Notes: generated by a model not told the origin, from the sequence alone. Shown: positions 28,944-39,254, counted from the first letter of the stretch. The stretch is 64,000 nucleotides of DNA from Sulfolobales archaeon (GCA_038897115.1 JAWAXC010000001.1:20313-84312); one strand, 5' to 3'. Program-made: numbers and translations.

Positions 28944-29309
28944 ATGGGTTTAGTCTATATAGATGGTATTGTTAAGCATAGAGGTAAGGCTGTGAAGGTG
29001 AGGTTTCTAGTAGATTCTGGGGCAACATATACTGTGTTAACGAGATCTATATGGGAGGATCTCGGTTTAAAGCCTATGGATGAGATGGAGTTTATTCTTG
29101 CCGATGGCACTGTTATCCGTAGACATATTTCTGAGGTTCTACTCGAGTTACCAGGTTTTGGTGAGAGACATACTCCTGTAGTACTTGGTGAGGGCGAGGA
29201 TGAAAATCTGCTGGGTGTGGTGACGCTTGAGATCTTCGGTTTAATATTGGATCCATTTAAGCGAGAGCTAAGACCAATTAGAGCTGTTATGAAGAGACAT
29301 ACGATCTAA
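28944..29309 (+). CDS. retropepsin-like (clan AA) aspartic protease, single lobe
   Basis: FLVDSGATYTVL (DSG catalytic motif). About 120 aa, as in the archaeal AF_0612-type family. Confidence 0.6.
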   Translation: MGLVYIDGIVKHRGKAVKVRFLVDSGATYTVLTRSIWEDLGLKPMDEMEFILADGTVIRRHISEVLLELPGFGERHTPVVLGEGEDENLLGVVTLEIFGLILDPFKRELRPIRAVMKRHTI

Positions 29310-29449
29310 GCTTATCCAAGGCCTCCTCTATAGTAGAGCAAGAGCTACATAGATTTAGAATATATAGCCCTTATAAGGATCAACATCCCTGGGATTAAGC
29401 TTCTTCAATATAATAACTAATATTTAATTCTTGATATAACCTAGCTGTG

Positions 29450-30406
29450 TTAATTATCGATGCACTTTCGAGCTCCGCTTTTCTCCCAATGCCTCTTAAT
29501 AATATTAGGTAGATCGCCATATTTTATAGGATCATATCTTGGGAGCTTCTCAACCATCTCCCTAATAATTCTACATCCAACCTCCTCAAGATCCCCTGTG
29601 CCATAGACCTCCCTAGCCTTCATAGAGGCGAAATCCTCGAAGGAAATCCCTTTTTTAGCAGCATCGTAGAACTCAGACCTATATCTAAACCAAAGGGTTT
29701 TAAGAGCTATTCTTATGGGCCTCTTAACGGTTGGCATATGATACCCCATGATCTTATCGATATAGATTGCTCTATAGAGCCATATTGGGGCTATAAGGGA
29801 GTCAAATGGCTTACCATCTACATAGACATTTCTATATCTCAGTTCTTTAGAGGCTGTGAAGAGCCAGTGTTCTATGTGATAGGGTTTTTCACCACATGTG
29901 TGGTAGATATCACCACACAGTGTAACCCAGGGCCAGTAGATTAGATAGTGTTTTCTAGGATCCAGCTTCTCTATGAGGGATCTGATGAAGCCCACAGAGT
30001 CCTCCTTCATAATGAAGTCTCCATCCCAGTGTAGGATCCATCTATAGCTAGCCTTAGCCAGGATCATGTTTCTAATATGGGCAAGATCTCCTGGGGGAAT
30101 CCACTGGTACTTTATATTAAGTCCATGCTCTTCTCTTACCCTCTTTATAATATTCGGGGTGTTATCGTTGCTGGAATCTATGATTATATATTCATCGACT
30201 AAATCCTTTATAGATAGGAGGGAAGGCTCGATCCAGTCCTCCTCATTATAGACAGCAACCATGGCTGATATACCTTGGGGTCTCTTCCTAGGATCATCTC
30301 TAACCCCTATATAGAAAGCTAATGTGGAGATCGTATTCCTCAGCATGAAAGTGCCTCTCCTACCAAGTAGCCTTCTAGCGATGGCTCTGAAGCTGCTCTT
30401 CATCAT
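29450..30406 (-). CDS. family 2 glycosyltransferase
   Basis: ISAMVAVYNEEDWIEPSL...IIIDSSNDNT (GT-A, DxD-type region). Confidence 0.7.
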   Translation of the reverse strand: MMKSSFRAIARRLLGRRGTFMLRNTISTLAFYIGVRDDPRKRPQGISAMVAVYNEEDWIEPSLLSIKDLVDEYIIIDSSNDNTPNIIKRVREEHGLNIKYQWIPPGDLAHIRNMILAKASYRWILHWDGDFIMKEDSVGFIRSLIEKLDPRKHYLIYWPWVTLCGDIYHTCGEKPYHIEHWLFTASKELRYRNVYVDGKPFDSLIAPIWLYRAIYIDKIMGYHMPTVKRPIRIALKTLWFRYRSEFYDAAKKGISFEDFASMKAREVYGTGDLEEVGCRIIREMVEKLPRYDPIKYGDLPNIIKRHWEKSGARKCIDN

Positions 30407-30534
30407 CCTCGCCCAAAGTATGTGAAAGGGGGGCTATAAATTTGAAAGGGCTGTAGCTAGAGATATAGTTATTAATATGAGGTGGCAGAAGCTAGCCTCT
30501 AAAATTATTTAGGCATTCTCACCATAGTTCTCTG

Positions 30535-31500
30535 GTGCTCTGCTTGCCTAGTGGCAGGTTAGAGGTTCTTAAAGTGGGTAGGCCTGCTATTGCGTTGCAT
30601 GGGGGAGCTGGTAATTGGGATGTTGATGAGTCTACTAGGGTGAAGGTGGAGGGTTTTCTAGGGGATCTTGCAAGGGAAACGCTAGATCTCTTGGAGAGGG
30701 ATTATAGTGCTTTAGATGCTGTTGAATATGCTGTTTCAAGGCTGGAGGATTCTGGGTTATTCAATGCTGGTTATGGGAGTAGCTTGAATATCGAGGGGGT
30801 TGCCCAGATGGATGCGGGTATAATGAATGGTATCGATATGAGGGCGGGTGCTGTGGCTATCGTTGAGAGGGTGAGGAACCCTGTTAGGCTTGCTAGGATT
30901 GTTATGGAGAAAACAGATCATGTCTTGATAGGGGGTTCAGGAGCTGATCTCCTCGCCAGATTATTTGGTTTAGAAAACAGGGTGGTTAATATAGATGTTG
31001 TTAAGAGATATAGAGAAATGCTCTCTAGGAATGCCCCACCTCCTTTCTATAAAAAGAATAATGATTTAGTAAAGAGGCTAGGCCTGGTAATTGGAGATAC
31101 TGTAGGGGCTGTTGCAATCGATAAAAAGGGTGGCTTAGCCGCGGCAACCAGCACAGGTGGGATCTGGCTGAAGATAAGCGGTAGGATAGGAGACTCACCA
31201 ATACCTGGAGCGGGGTTCTATGCTGATAGGAATATTGCTTGCTCAGCAACAGGTATTGGGGAGACAATTATGACTATATCGCTATGCAGATCGATAGGGC
31301 TTCACTACAGATACCTCAGAGACATTGCGAGAGCCGTTGAAGAGAGCTTCAAAGAGCTAGAGGATCTCTTCGGAGTCAACACAGCAGGCGTCATAATACT
31401 GACCTCCGATGAGAGTTACGCGGCCTACTACAACACCAAGGGAATGGCGAGAGCTATCTACTCAAAGAACCTGGTAAAACCCATAGCCAGAATATTTTAG
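30535..31500 (+). CDS. plant-type asparaginase / isoaspartyl peptidase (Ntn hydrolase)
   Basis: ALHGGAG; autoprocessing site GDTVGAVAID; GAGFYAD. Confidence 0.85.
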   Translation: MLCLPSGRLEVLKVGRPAIALHGGAGNWDVDESTRVKVEGFLGDLARETLDLLERDYSALDAVEYAVSRLEDSGLFNAGYGSSLNIEGVAQMDAGIMNGIDMRAGAVAIVERVRNPVRLARIVMEKTDHVLIGGSGADLLARLFGLENRVVNIDVVKRYREMLSRNAPPPFYKKNNDLVKRLGLVIGDTVGAVAIDKKGGLAAATSTGGIWLKISGRIGDSPIPGAGFYADRNIACSATGIGETIMTISLCRSIGLHYRYLRDIARAVEESFKELEDLFGVNTAGVIILTSDESYAAYYNTKGMARAIYSKNLVKPIARIF

Positions 31501-31533
31501 CTATAACATTAATTATCCCCATGGCATATCTTC

Positions 31534-31743
31534 TTGGGTGGTTTTCTGAGCTCTGTTGAGGATTTTATTTCTGCTGTTGAGAGTGATCCTTCTGTTAGGA
31601 GGAGGCTTGCAGCAGCGATCCTCACTGATTCAGATGCGAGGCTAGCGATTATAGGTGCTGTTCTAAGGGATGTAGCTACTAGAAAGGATATAGATGATCT
31701 TAGGGGTGATGTTGATAAGAAGGTTGAATCGCTTAGAACGTAG
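31534..31743 (+). CDS. coiled-coil protein, N-terminal part (DUF1640-like) ending at an in-frame TAG
   Basis: ATRKDIDDLRGDVDKKVESLRT, then TAG at 31741. The next ORF is in the same frame. Confidence 0.4.
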   Translation: MGGFLSSVEDFISAVESDPSVRRRLAAAILTDSDARLAIIGAVLRDVATRKDIDDLRGDVDKKVESLRT

Positions 31744-31752
31744 ATTAAGGGT

Positions 31753-31989
31753 TTGGATTCTATGGTAGCCTCTCTAGCTGAGAGAGTTACAAAGGTAGAG
31801 GGATCTCTAGAGCAGATGATAAAAAGAATAGAAGATATAAACAACAGTCTTACCAAGAGGATCGAGGATCTTGATAAGAGGATAGATTTTGTTGCAAAGA
31901 TATCGATAATACTAGCAGGATCTGTTGTAGCAACTCTCATAACACAGATAGCACTAGCAATGATAACAAGGCTAGGAATACTGCCCTAG
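31753..31989 (+). CDS. coiled-coil protein with a C-terminal TM helix (DUF1640-like C-terminal part)
   Basis: Heptads followed by hydrophobic ISIILAGSVVATLITQIALAMI. Same frame as 31534-31743. Confidence 0.4.
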   Translation: MDSMVASLAERVTKVEGSLEQMIKRIEDINNSLTKRIEDLDKRIDFVAKISIILAGSVVATLITQIALAMITRLGILP

Positions 31990-32073
31990 AGGATTCAGCA
32001 TAAATGTTTTTCAAAATAGTTATATAGATCTTTAGTCCTCATGATGCTTCAATTATTGCATTCCACTGTTTCT

Positions 32074-32472
32074 CTAGCTTTTTTCCCTTGCATATATTTC
32101 TAATATGATTTTCTTTATGTATGTCGTTGCTATATAGGTTAGAAGAGATGTTGCTATATATGCTGTGATTGATATCGCTATTAATGTTATCCAGCTGATC
32201 CCTGCTATTGATGCGAAGGTGTCTAGCATATTGATTGCTTTTGGATCTGTGGTGATGCTCGCTATTATAGGGGTTATAAATATTGCTGATGATGCAACTA
32301 GGTTATTGATGACTCCTAACCAGGTTTTGCTAGGTGATAGAAGCGCTTGGGGTATTGCGATGAGGATCGATATCCATAGCCAGTTAAGCCCTAAGGCTCC
32401 TCCTGCAGCGCCTACAATGATGCCTGATATGATGGGATATATATTGTCTCTAACCAATCCCATTCTGATCAC
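32074..32472 (-). CDS. small polytopic membrane protein
   Basis: Four hydrophobic segments. 4-nt overlap with the upstream acylase gene. Confidence 0.5.
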   Translation of the reverse strand: MIRMGLVRDNIYPIISGIIVGAAGGALGLNWLWISILIAIPQALLSPSKTWLGVINNLVASSAIFITPIIASITTDPKAINMLDTFASIAGISWITLIAISITAYIATSLLTYIATTYIKKIILEIYAREKS

Positions 32473-35048
32473 CTGCTAGGCATCACTATGATCATAGCTA
32501 CTATGCCTCCAACGGTTTGGGGCGTTTCTGGGAGATCCAGCTGGCGATATTCATATCTATACCATGTGTTGAAGAAGCTTTTATAGTAGTCGCTGAATGG
32601 GTTCTCGCTCTGGCCTCCTGGGTATATGCCGTAGGCCTTTATAGATCCTCCCTCTACATAGGCCACGATCCTCCAGCTAGGGCCTGTTCTAACATAGGTC
32701 CTCCCAAGACTCTTTAGATCATAGGGTATCGGGGCGTTCATCAGAGTTGCAGATCCGCCATCCTCTGGCACAGGCCCTATGGATAGGGGTTTGAGCCCGC
32801 TTGGATGGGCTATATATAGCATGTGAATCCTCCCCCACACCCAGGTGTTTATATCATCGCCATAGGATGCTCTAAGGATGCTTATCGCTTTTGAAAGGGC
32901 TTTTCTAGCAGCATCGCCTAGGCTACCTCCAAACCATTTTGAGCTGGGCATGCTATGGATCAGCCATAGCAATGTGTCCTCGCTCGGGTATAGCCTTAGC
33001 CTGATCCCATGATCCAAGTATATCTTTGAGAATACCTCATCATATAAGGAGGAGAACCAGGCCCACCATATAGTTGGTGCTACTAGATCCTTATCCATTC
33101 TATAATCCCATGATCTGAGGATCTCGAGGGCTTTAGCCTCAAGAGGATCTAGATCTTTATACCCCTCAACAGCTTTAAGCAACACAGGTAGTGAGGATGC
33201 AGCATACCATAGATATATATCTGCTTGATATCGCATCATATCCTCAACGGAGTGTCTATCTTTACTGGATAGAAGCTGGTATATCCTCTGTGCCCTAGCA
33301 CCAGGATCCCACCAGCCTCCTAAGATGAAATATGGGTAAAATGGCCCCACACTCCTCTGGTTAGGCGCTGCAGCCCACCCTCTTTCTGGGTTAATTGTCC
33401 TTGGTATCAGTTCATAGGGGACATAGCCCTCCCACTCATACCCCCCACTCCCATTCAATATAGATCTAGATCCTATGACCTTCACCACATCTCCATTGGG
33501 AAGCCTCACAGATACAGATCTATATGGGAAGAGACCTGGTATCACGATACCATAGTTATTCCTGATATCTATGAATGCCCAGTTCTGTGAGGGCACATCC
33601 CAGTATCTCAGGGCATTGACTAGATCCTCATACCCTCTTGCCTTGTTAACAAGATATATAGCTATGGCCTCTCTAGTAACCCCGCTATCGTCGTTCATAT
33701 ACCCTGCATTGCCGACCCATCTAAAGGATATTGGGGCTCCTCTAGTGCTTATTATAGGGCCGTTAGCGGTTATATTCACCTTCAGCAGGTAGACCCCATA
33801 GCCCCTAACCCTTATAGACTCTTCAACGATCTTTAGAGGCCTCCACTCCCCCTTGTAGAGGTATTTATCGCCTACTATCTTCTCCAAATAGAAATCCATA
33901 ACACCTATCTGGGTATTGGTTAGACCCCACGCAACATATTCGTTGAACCCTATGATTATAAAGGGTATCCCTGGGAGCGTCACACCCCTGACATTCGCCT
34001 CAGGGGTTTTTATATGGGCCTCATACCATATAGCCGGTATGTTGAGGGATAGATGGGGGTCATCTGCTAGCATGGCCCCACCAGTAGCTGATCTAGATGG
34101 TCCCACAACCCAGTTATTGCTACCTATCTCTCGGGGTTTTTCACCGCTGAGATCTAGGATCGATTCTATCGCATCTAAAATCTGCTGTGCGAGAGCATTA
34201 TCACCGAGATCTATGCCTGTTGCCCATGGAGAGAACCAGTCTAGGCTCCTGAGATAGCTGGGATCTATATTGATCCTTGTATTGCCTATGCTTCCATCCC
34301 CTGGGATCACGGTTATGTTATCACTATAATAGGGATCTACTGGAAAAAGGGTGTTAGTATCTCTAGACCCGAGCTTCATAGCTAGGTATGTTAGTCTAAG
34401 GGGTTCAAAGAAGTCTGTGAGGCTCCAAGCCATATACTTAGCCCATGCAATGCTATCCTCAGGCCTCCATGGCTCTGGCTCATATCCTAATAGCTTGAAC
34501 ATAAGGGGCAGTTTATTGTTGCTCCTCATCTCCTCTATAGCCCTATTAACCCCTGCGGAATATGCATAGAGAATAGAGTAGACCTCTGGATATGTTCTTC
34601 TAATCCACTCAGTTGTATTCACAGCGGATCTGTAGAGCCCCACTATCCTCATATAGATATCCTGTTTCAGAGTAGAGTTGCCGAGGATCTCGGATAATCT
34701 TCCCTCAGCAAGCCTTCTCTGTATATCCATCTGCCAAAGCCTGTGATACGCATGAACATATCCGAGGGCAAAAGCGGCATCCCTATAACTATCAGCAAAA
34801 ATATGGGGAACCATATGCTCATCAAAAACCACAGTAACCTTATTCCCAACACCATCAACCCTGATCTCTATAGAGCCTCTGAAATCGCCTCTCCCAATCT
34901 CTCTCCAAACACCTGTATAGGGATCTATAAGAGATGCTACAGACCCTAGGGACGTTATTATCAGAAACATCAAGACAATTGACAAAACAATTAACATGGT
35001 CTCTCTAATAAAGACCATCTCCCTTGAACCCATGATAGTTAAAACCAA
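32469..35048 (-). CDS. penicillin/AHL acylase family Ntn hydrolase (S45)
   Basis: Nucleophile region EIGSNNWVVGPSRSATGGAMLADDPHL. N-terminal signal/anchor. Confidence 0.85.
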   Translation of the reverse strand: MVLTIMGSREMVFIRETMLIVLSIVLMFLIITSLGSVASLIDPYTGVWREIGRGDFRGSIEIRVDGVGNKVTVVFDEHMVPHIFADSYRDAAFALGYVHAYHRLWQMDIQRRLAEGRLSEILGNSTLKQDIYMRIVGLYRSAVNTTEWIRRTYPEVYSILYAYSAGVNRAIEEMRSNNKLPLMFKLLGYEPEPWRPEDSIAWAKYMAWSLTDFFEPLRLTYLAMKLGSRDTNTLFPVDPYYSDNITVIPGDGSIGNTRINIDPSYLRSLDWFSPWATGIDLGDNALAQQILDAIESILDLSGEKPREIGSNNWVVGPSRSATGGAMLADDPHLSLNIPAIWYEAHIKTPEANVRGVTLPGIPFIIIGFNEYVAWGLTNTQIGVMDFYLEKIVGDKYLYKGEWRPLKIVEESIRVRGYGVYLLKVNITANGPIISTRGAPISFRWVGNAGYMNDDSGVTREAIAIYLVNKARGYEDLVNALRYWDVPSQNWAFIDIRNNYGIVIPGLFPYRSVSVRLPNGDVVKVIGSRSILNGSGGYEWEGYVPYELIPRTINPERGWAAAPNQRSVGPFYPYFILGGWWDPGARAQRIYQLLSSKDRHSVEDMMRYQADIYLWYAASSLPVLLKAVEGYKDLDPLEAKALEILRSWDYRMDKDLVAPTIWWAWFSSLYDEVFSKIYLDHGIRLRLYPSEDTLLWLIHSMPSSKWFGGSLGDAARKALSKAISILRASYGDDINTWVWGRIHMLYIAHPSGLKPLSIGPVPEDGGSATLMNAPIPYDLKSLGRTYVRTGPSWRIVAYVEGGSIKAYGIYPGGQSENPFSDYYKSFFNTWYRYEYRQLDLPETPQTVGGIVAMIIVMPSR

Positions 35049-35609
35049 AATATATTTATAATTATCTAACGATTCTCTCGAAGGATCTATTTAGGAGGCA
35101 TAATGTCTCCCCAGTATATTCAGAGAATTGCTGCGGTTAGAGAGCTAAGCCAATGGGAAAAAAGATCCTATAATTAAAACCTTGGACATCTAAGGATAGG
35201 GATGGCGAAAAGCTAGAGCGTGTAAAAGCTGTTGATCTAAAGCCCGGGGTTCTGTGATATGCGGAATAGGGGTAACTGATTAAGAAATATGAGGGTATAC
35301 TTGGAAAATCATCTGGAAGGATTTTAGGGAGCTCGAAGAGGGTGCTCGAGCTTAACGAGCGCCTCGACACAAATGATCAATGTGAGATGGAAAACTAGCT
35401 TTCGCCGCTATCGTCTCTGTCTACTATTTAAGCTCTATATCGATTTTAGGGTTTACCAGAGGCTAGGCTCTAATAAGAAGCTGGAGAAGCTGACCCCTCA
35501 TCGCCCTAGGCGTCGGGCATGGATGGCTCATAGACCCTATATCCTGAAATATCTTGCTAGCTATATGTTTCTTTGTGTTTTTAATGCGTGTTGCTCCTAT
35601 TTCTTGGGG

Positions 35610-36380
35610 GTGGTGTTGTCCTCCTACGCTACGATTTCTCCGGTTGTATCAATAGCTTTTGCCGATGTTAAGGTTCCATCTACGATTGTTAAGACTCTTA
35701 AGGGGCTTGTTGATGAGGTGTTGATAACCATAGATTCTGGGGGTTTCAAGCTAGCCGCTCTAGATCCTGCTAGGGTTTCTATGCTCCTTATGGAGATCCC
35801 TGCTAGTGCTTTTCTCGAGCTCAGGGTTGAGAAGGAGCTCTCTATAGGTGTTTCTATGCAGAGCTTAGAGCTCACTGTCGAAGCTGCTAAGAAGACTGAT
35901 AAATATGTTCTTGTGAGTGATGGGGAGTTTGTAGAGGTTATTGTGGAGGGTCTCCCAACTAGGAGGTATAAGTTTAGAAGCATCGAGATACCTAGGGAGA
36001 TCCCTAATATAGATGTTCAATATGATGTTGAGGCTATAGTCGGTATAGATCCTTTTAAGGTTGCTGTGAAGGATATATCCTCGATAGGATCCTATGCCCT
36101 TTTCAAGGCTGAGGATGAGGAGGTTCTCCAGATTATGGAGGCATCTACTAGAAGAGGGCTTGCAAGGCTATCGAGATCCTCGGGATCTTTAATAGATCTT
36201 AAACTATCTAAGCCATCAAGCTGCTCCTACGAGGTAGAGTATATAGAAAAGGCGCTCTCCCTCGCAAAACTAGCCTCCCAGCTCCAGCTAAGCTTCTCAA
36301 ACGACGCACCCCTTAAAATGATCTTCCCACTAGCTATAGGTGGTACAGCAACCTTCTACCTAGCGCCGCAGGTTAGCTAG
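35610..36380 (+). CDS. pcn: DNA polymerase sliding clamp PCNA
   Basis: About 255 aa ending ...TATFYLAPQVS. The track ORF starts at 35373, but its first 79 aa are not PCNA-like. Candidate starts are GTG 35610, GTG 35613 and TTG 35616. Confidence 0.8.
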   Translation: MVLSSYATISPVVSIAFADVKVPSTIVKTLKGLVDEVLITIDSGGFKLAALDPARVSMLLMEIPASAFLELRVEKELSIGVSMQSLELTVEAAKKTDKYVLVSDGEFVEVIVEGLPTRRYKFRSIEIPREIPNIDVQYDVEAIVGIDPFKVAVKDISSIGSYALFKAEDEEVLQIMEASTRRGLARLSRSSGSLIDLKLSKPSSCSYEVEYIEKALSLAKLASQLQLSFSNDAPLKMIFPLAIGGTATFYLAPQVS

Positions 36381-36381
36381 A

Positions 36382-36984
36382 ATGGTTAGAATATATATAG
36401 AGCATCTCGAGGAGAGCCTAGGCAGATGGGTGCTGGCTGAGTATAGGAATAGCTATAGAATAGCCGGGGATCTCCTAACTATAACAGGGATCGAGATCCC
36501 GGGTCTTCCAAGTACGAGGAAAAGGTTCCACGAGCTTGTTAACCCTTCAAAAGCCATCATACTAGATCCCCAGGCTCCCCAGATTCTAGAGCCAGAGGAT
36601 CTAGTTGGCTTCGAAGCAATAGTAATAGGAGGGATACTGGGTGCCCACCCACCTATGGGGAGGACTAAAAAGCTATTATCAGATCGATACCCAGAGGCGG
36701 CTAAGAGGAACATTGGAAAGCACCAGTTCCCAATAGATGCAAGTGTATATATAGCTCTAGAGGTTATTAGGGGGAGGAGGGTTAGGGAGATCCCGATAGC
36801 GCTTGGGCTTATAATAAGGAGGAAGATAGGCTCTATAGAGCATGAGATAGAGCTTCCATATGCATATCCAGTTGTTAACGGTAAACCCCTGATCTCGGAG
36901 GAGGTTCTAGAGATCCTAGTAGGTAGGGGGGAATGCGAGATAGAGGTTAAAGAATATATAGACCAGGGATCTGGAAAGTATTGA
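36382..36984 (+). CDS. SPOUT-class SAM-dependent methyltransferase, DUF431/Sfm1-like
   Basis: MVRIYIEHLEESLGRWVLAEYRN resembles the yeast Sfm1/DUF431 N-terminus (from memory). Starts 2 nt after the PCNA stop. Confidence 0.5.
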   Translation: MVRIYIEHLEESLGRWVLAEYRNSYRIAGDLLTITGIEIPGLPSTRKRFHELVNPSKAIILDPQAPQILEPEDLVGFEAIVIGGILGAHPPMGRTKKLLSDRYPEAAKRNIGKHQFPIDASVYIALEVIRGRRVREIPIALGLIIRRKIGSIEHEIELPYAYPVVNGKPLISEEVLEILVGRGECEIEVKEYIDQGSGKY

Positions 36985-37014
36985 TCCCTTAACAGATGTT
37001 GATCCTTGAATCAC

Positions 37015-37578
37015 CTACCATCCCATATAGATGCTATCTAGCTTAAGCCTTGGGGAGGATATTGCTGCCATGAGAGAGGATACTGAAAGGGTGGCGAAAA
37101 GGGCTAGGATCGCGGGCGACGATGCCGGGTGCTCGGTTGTCAAGTATCCAGGTATTGTCTGGGATATCATCATATATGCAACTATAGCTATGCCCAGGAT
37201 GCTTATACACGATGCATAGAACGAGCTACTAAGCCTCCCAAGGGATATATATGAGAGGAGCTCGAAGACCGAATATATGATCCAGTATAGTGGGAACATC
37301 CTGCCCAGCTGAGAATCTCTCATAGGCTGATAAACCACTGAGAGATAGAGAAGAGCTCCGAATATGAGCACGAGAAACCCTGTGAGATAGTAGAAAGCGC
37401 TAACCCTTCTACCGAGGAAGATCCATCCAAACCCTCTTAAGAGAATACCAACAGGATATGTAAAGAGAGCCGGGTATATCAGGGTAGCCATGGAAATATC
37501 GGTTAAAAATGAGAATATGAAGCCTATTGTTAGGAGAACTCTATGAACCAACAATATCTCCGAGCATATAGCTGGCAT
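37015..37578 (-). CDS. hypothetical polytopic membrane protein
   Basis: Hydrophobicity pattern only. Confidence 0.4.
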   Translation of the reverse strand: MPAICSEILLVHRVLLTIGFIFSFLTDISMATLIYPALFTYPVGILLRGFGWIFLGRRVSAFYYLTGFLVLIFGALLYLSVVYQPMRDSQLGRMFPLYWIIYSVFELLSYISLGRLSSSFYASCISILGIAIVAYMMISQTIPGYLTTEHPASSPAILALFATLSVSSLMAAISSPRLKLDSIYMGW

Positions 37579-37770
37579 AAAAACTATATATAAATACTAG
37601 CGTCAAAACAAATAAGCCGTTTATCAGGAGGTGTAGATGTTTGTTGACGGATCTACTCTGTTGTTATTGTGGCAAAGGTGTTTCAAAACTTCTAGGATGA
37701 TTATATGGTTTAGGCTCTTCTGAGTTAACGGTTAATCTAGTTGATGGGTTTCTCAGGGCTAGCTATATAG

Positions 37771-38619
37771 CTATTTCTTGGGTATATCGCTATAGAGTAT
37801 TCTATATGCTGCTAGCGATATGAAGAGCGTTGAGTAGCCTGCTACTGAGAGGGATGCTGCTAGGGGGTCTCCATATAGGCTCATTAATAGCGGTGTTAGG
37901 AGGAAGGCTCTCTGGAGGATCTCGGTGGGTATTATATATGCATGCATAGTAGCCCCCCATGTTGGTAAGAGCCTTGCAATTATTGAGTAGCCTCCTCCGA
38001 AGCTTCTTTCGAGGAATATTAGGAGGCCGCTTATGAATGGTAGAAAAGCTAGCATGGAGATCGGGACTGCCGTGGCTATAAGGGTGTTCCTTGTTAACGA
38101 GCTGAGGGCGAGTCCTAGAGAGAAGAAGATGGTGTTTGAATATATATTAGCTATAAGGATGGCTGGGGCCATATCTATATATAGCTGTGGGCCGAAAACA
38201 AATGTGGATAGAGATATTGATAGGGTTAGCATGAGTATTGTGAAGAGGGCTTGGAGGATATATCCACCCAATATCTTTCCCAGAAATATCTCAAGCCTCG
38301 TAGCGGGTTTCGTGAAAAGGGTTTCAGAGGTTCCCCCCTCGAATTCCTCGGAGAAGGATCCAGAAGCTATGAGAGAAGCTAGACCGGACATTAAATATGA
38401 TGGGAGGAAATATGTGAATAGCCAGGCCAAACCGAGATCAGGTTTCACAGGAAGGTTTCTCATAGAAGCAACCCTATTGATCTCGCTATAGCCATATATA
38501 CCTAGGATCTGAACCAGGACAACCAGTATAACCCCAGCCAAAACCTTCCTCCTAGCAAGAGCCCTTCTAATCTCATACCTAGATATAACCAAGACCCTCC
38601 TAGCCGAGGGACTACCCAT
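37771..38619 (-). CDS. ABC-2-type permease-like membrane protein with no adjacent ATPase
   Basis: N-terminal cytoplasmic RYEIRRALARRK, followed by 6 TM segments. Confidence 0.5.
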   Translation of the reverse strand: MGSPSARRVLVISRYEIRRALARRKVLAGVILVVLVQILGIYGYSEINRVASMRNLPVKPDLGLAWLFTYFLPSYLMSGLASLIASGSFSEEFEGGTSETLFTKPATRLEIFLGKILGGYILQALFTILMLTLSISLSTFVFGPQLYIDMAPAILIANIYSNTIFFSLGLALSSLTRNTLIATAVPISMLAFLPFISGLLIFLERSFGGGYSIIARLLPTWGATMHAYIIPTEILQRAFLLTPLLMSLYGDPLAASLSVAGYSTLFISLAAYRILYSDIPKK

Positions 38620-38889
38620 CAGAGCATCTAATGCTAATATCTATATGAAGCAAATAAGATTTCAGACCCTAAGCCAACTTAGATGTTAAAGACTAAATCC
38701 ATAGAAGTCACAGCTACCGCTCATCCAAGAGTGATCGTTTCTGCCACCTCAGGCCCCCTCACGGCGGTTAATCATGGGTCTTGGAAACCCAGGATCGCAT
38801 TATACCTACTAGCTTTGGAGTCTATGGAAACAAATCATCATATCTAATAGCCTTGAAAAGACTAAAACAACCTTAAAACATCATAAACA

Positions 38890-38948
38890 AGCTTCAGCTA
38901 CCCCATAAGATCATCACGCATCAGTGGGCATGACTCACATCATCCAAG
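38890..38948 (-). ncRNA. C/D-box sRNA candidate
   Basis: Minus strand: ATGATGT(C)-12 nt-CTGA(D')-tgc-GTGATGA(C')-13 nt-CTGA(D). Confidence 0.55.
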
Positions 38949-39118
38949 GATATAGAGGGTAAGAAACTATTTAAAGAACCCTCGAGACTAACAAGGAAGA
39001 TGCCAATCTAGGTCGAGAAAAACAACTGATCAGCTAACAACCTATCGATTATATATCTAGCTAGGGGAACCACGATCATGCTACTAATTTTAAAATATCG
39101 CATAACGTTAATTATCCT

Positions 39119-39175
39119 TAGATGATGAGCCTATCTCTTCGCCGAGCGATGGGGAGGCCAGCCTGTGCTGATCTA
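39119..39175 (+). ncRNA. C/D-box sRNA candidate
   Basis: ATGATGA(C, 39122)-13 nt-CCGA(D')-gcg-ATGGGGA(C')-12 nt-CTGA(D, 39168). TATA-like attttaaaatat about 20 nt upstream. Short terminal pairing TAG/CTA. Confidence 0.5.
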
Positions 39176-39254
39176 TACCAGCGATAAAGTTAAGGGAGAT
39201 TTCATAGATTTATAGATATTGATTCTAAATTCAATGATCGGTGCAGGTCAGCTT

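Noticed and set aside
35373-35609. N-terminal extensions of track ORFs: PCNA 35373, carA 47272, Alba 52844, ahbAB 22715, MNT 11007, tnpB 13977.
   Set aside because: The extensions are hydrophobic or low-complexity, are unlike the family N-termini, or overlap neighbouring genes. Internal starts give family-typical lengths.
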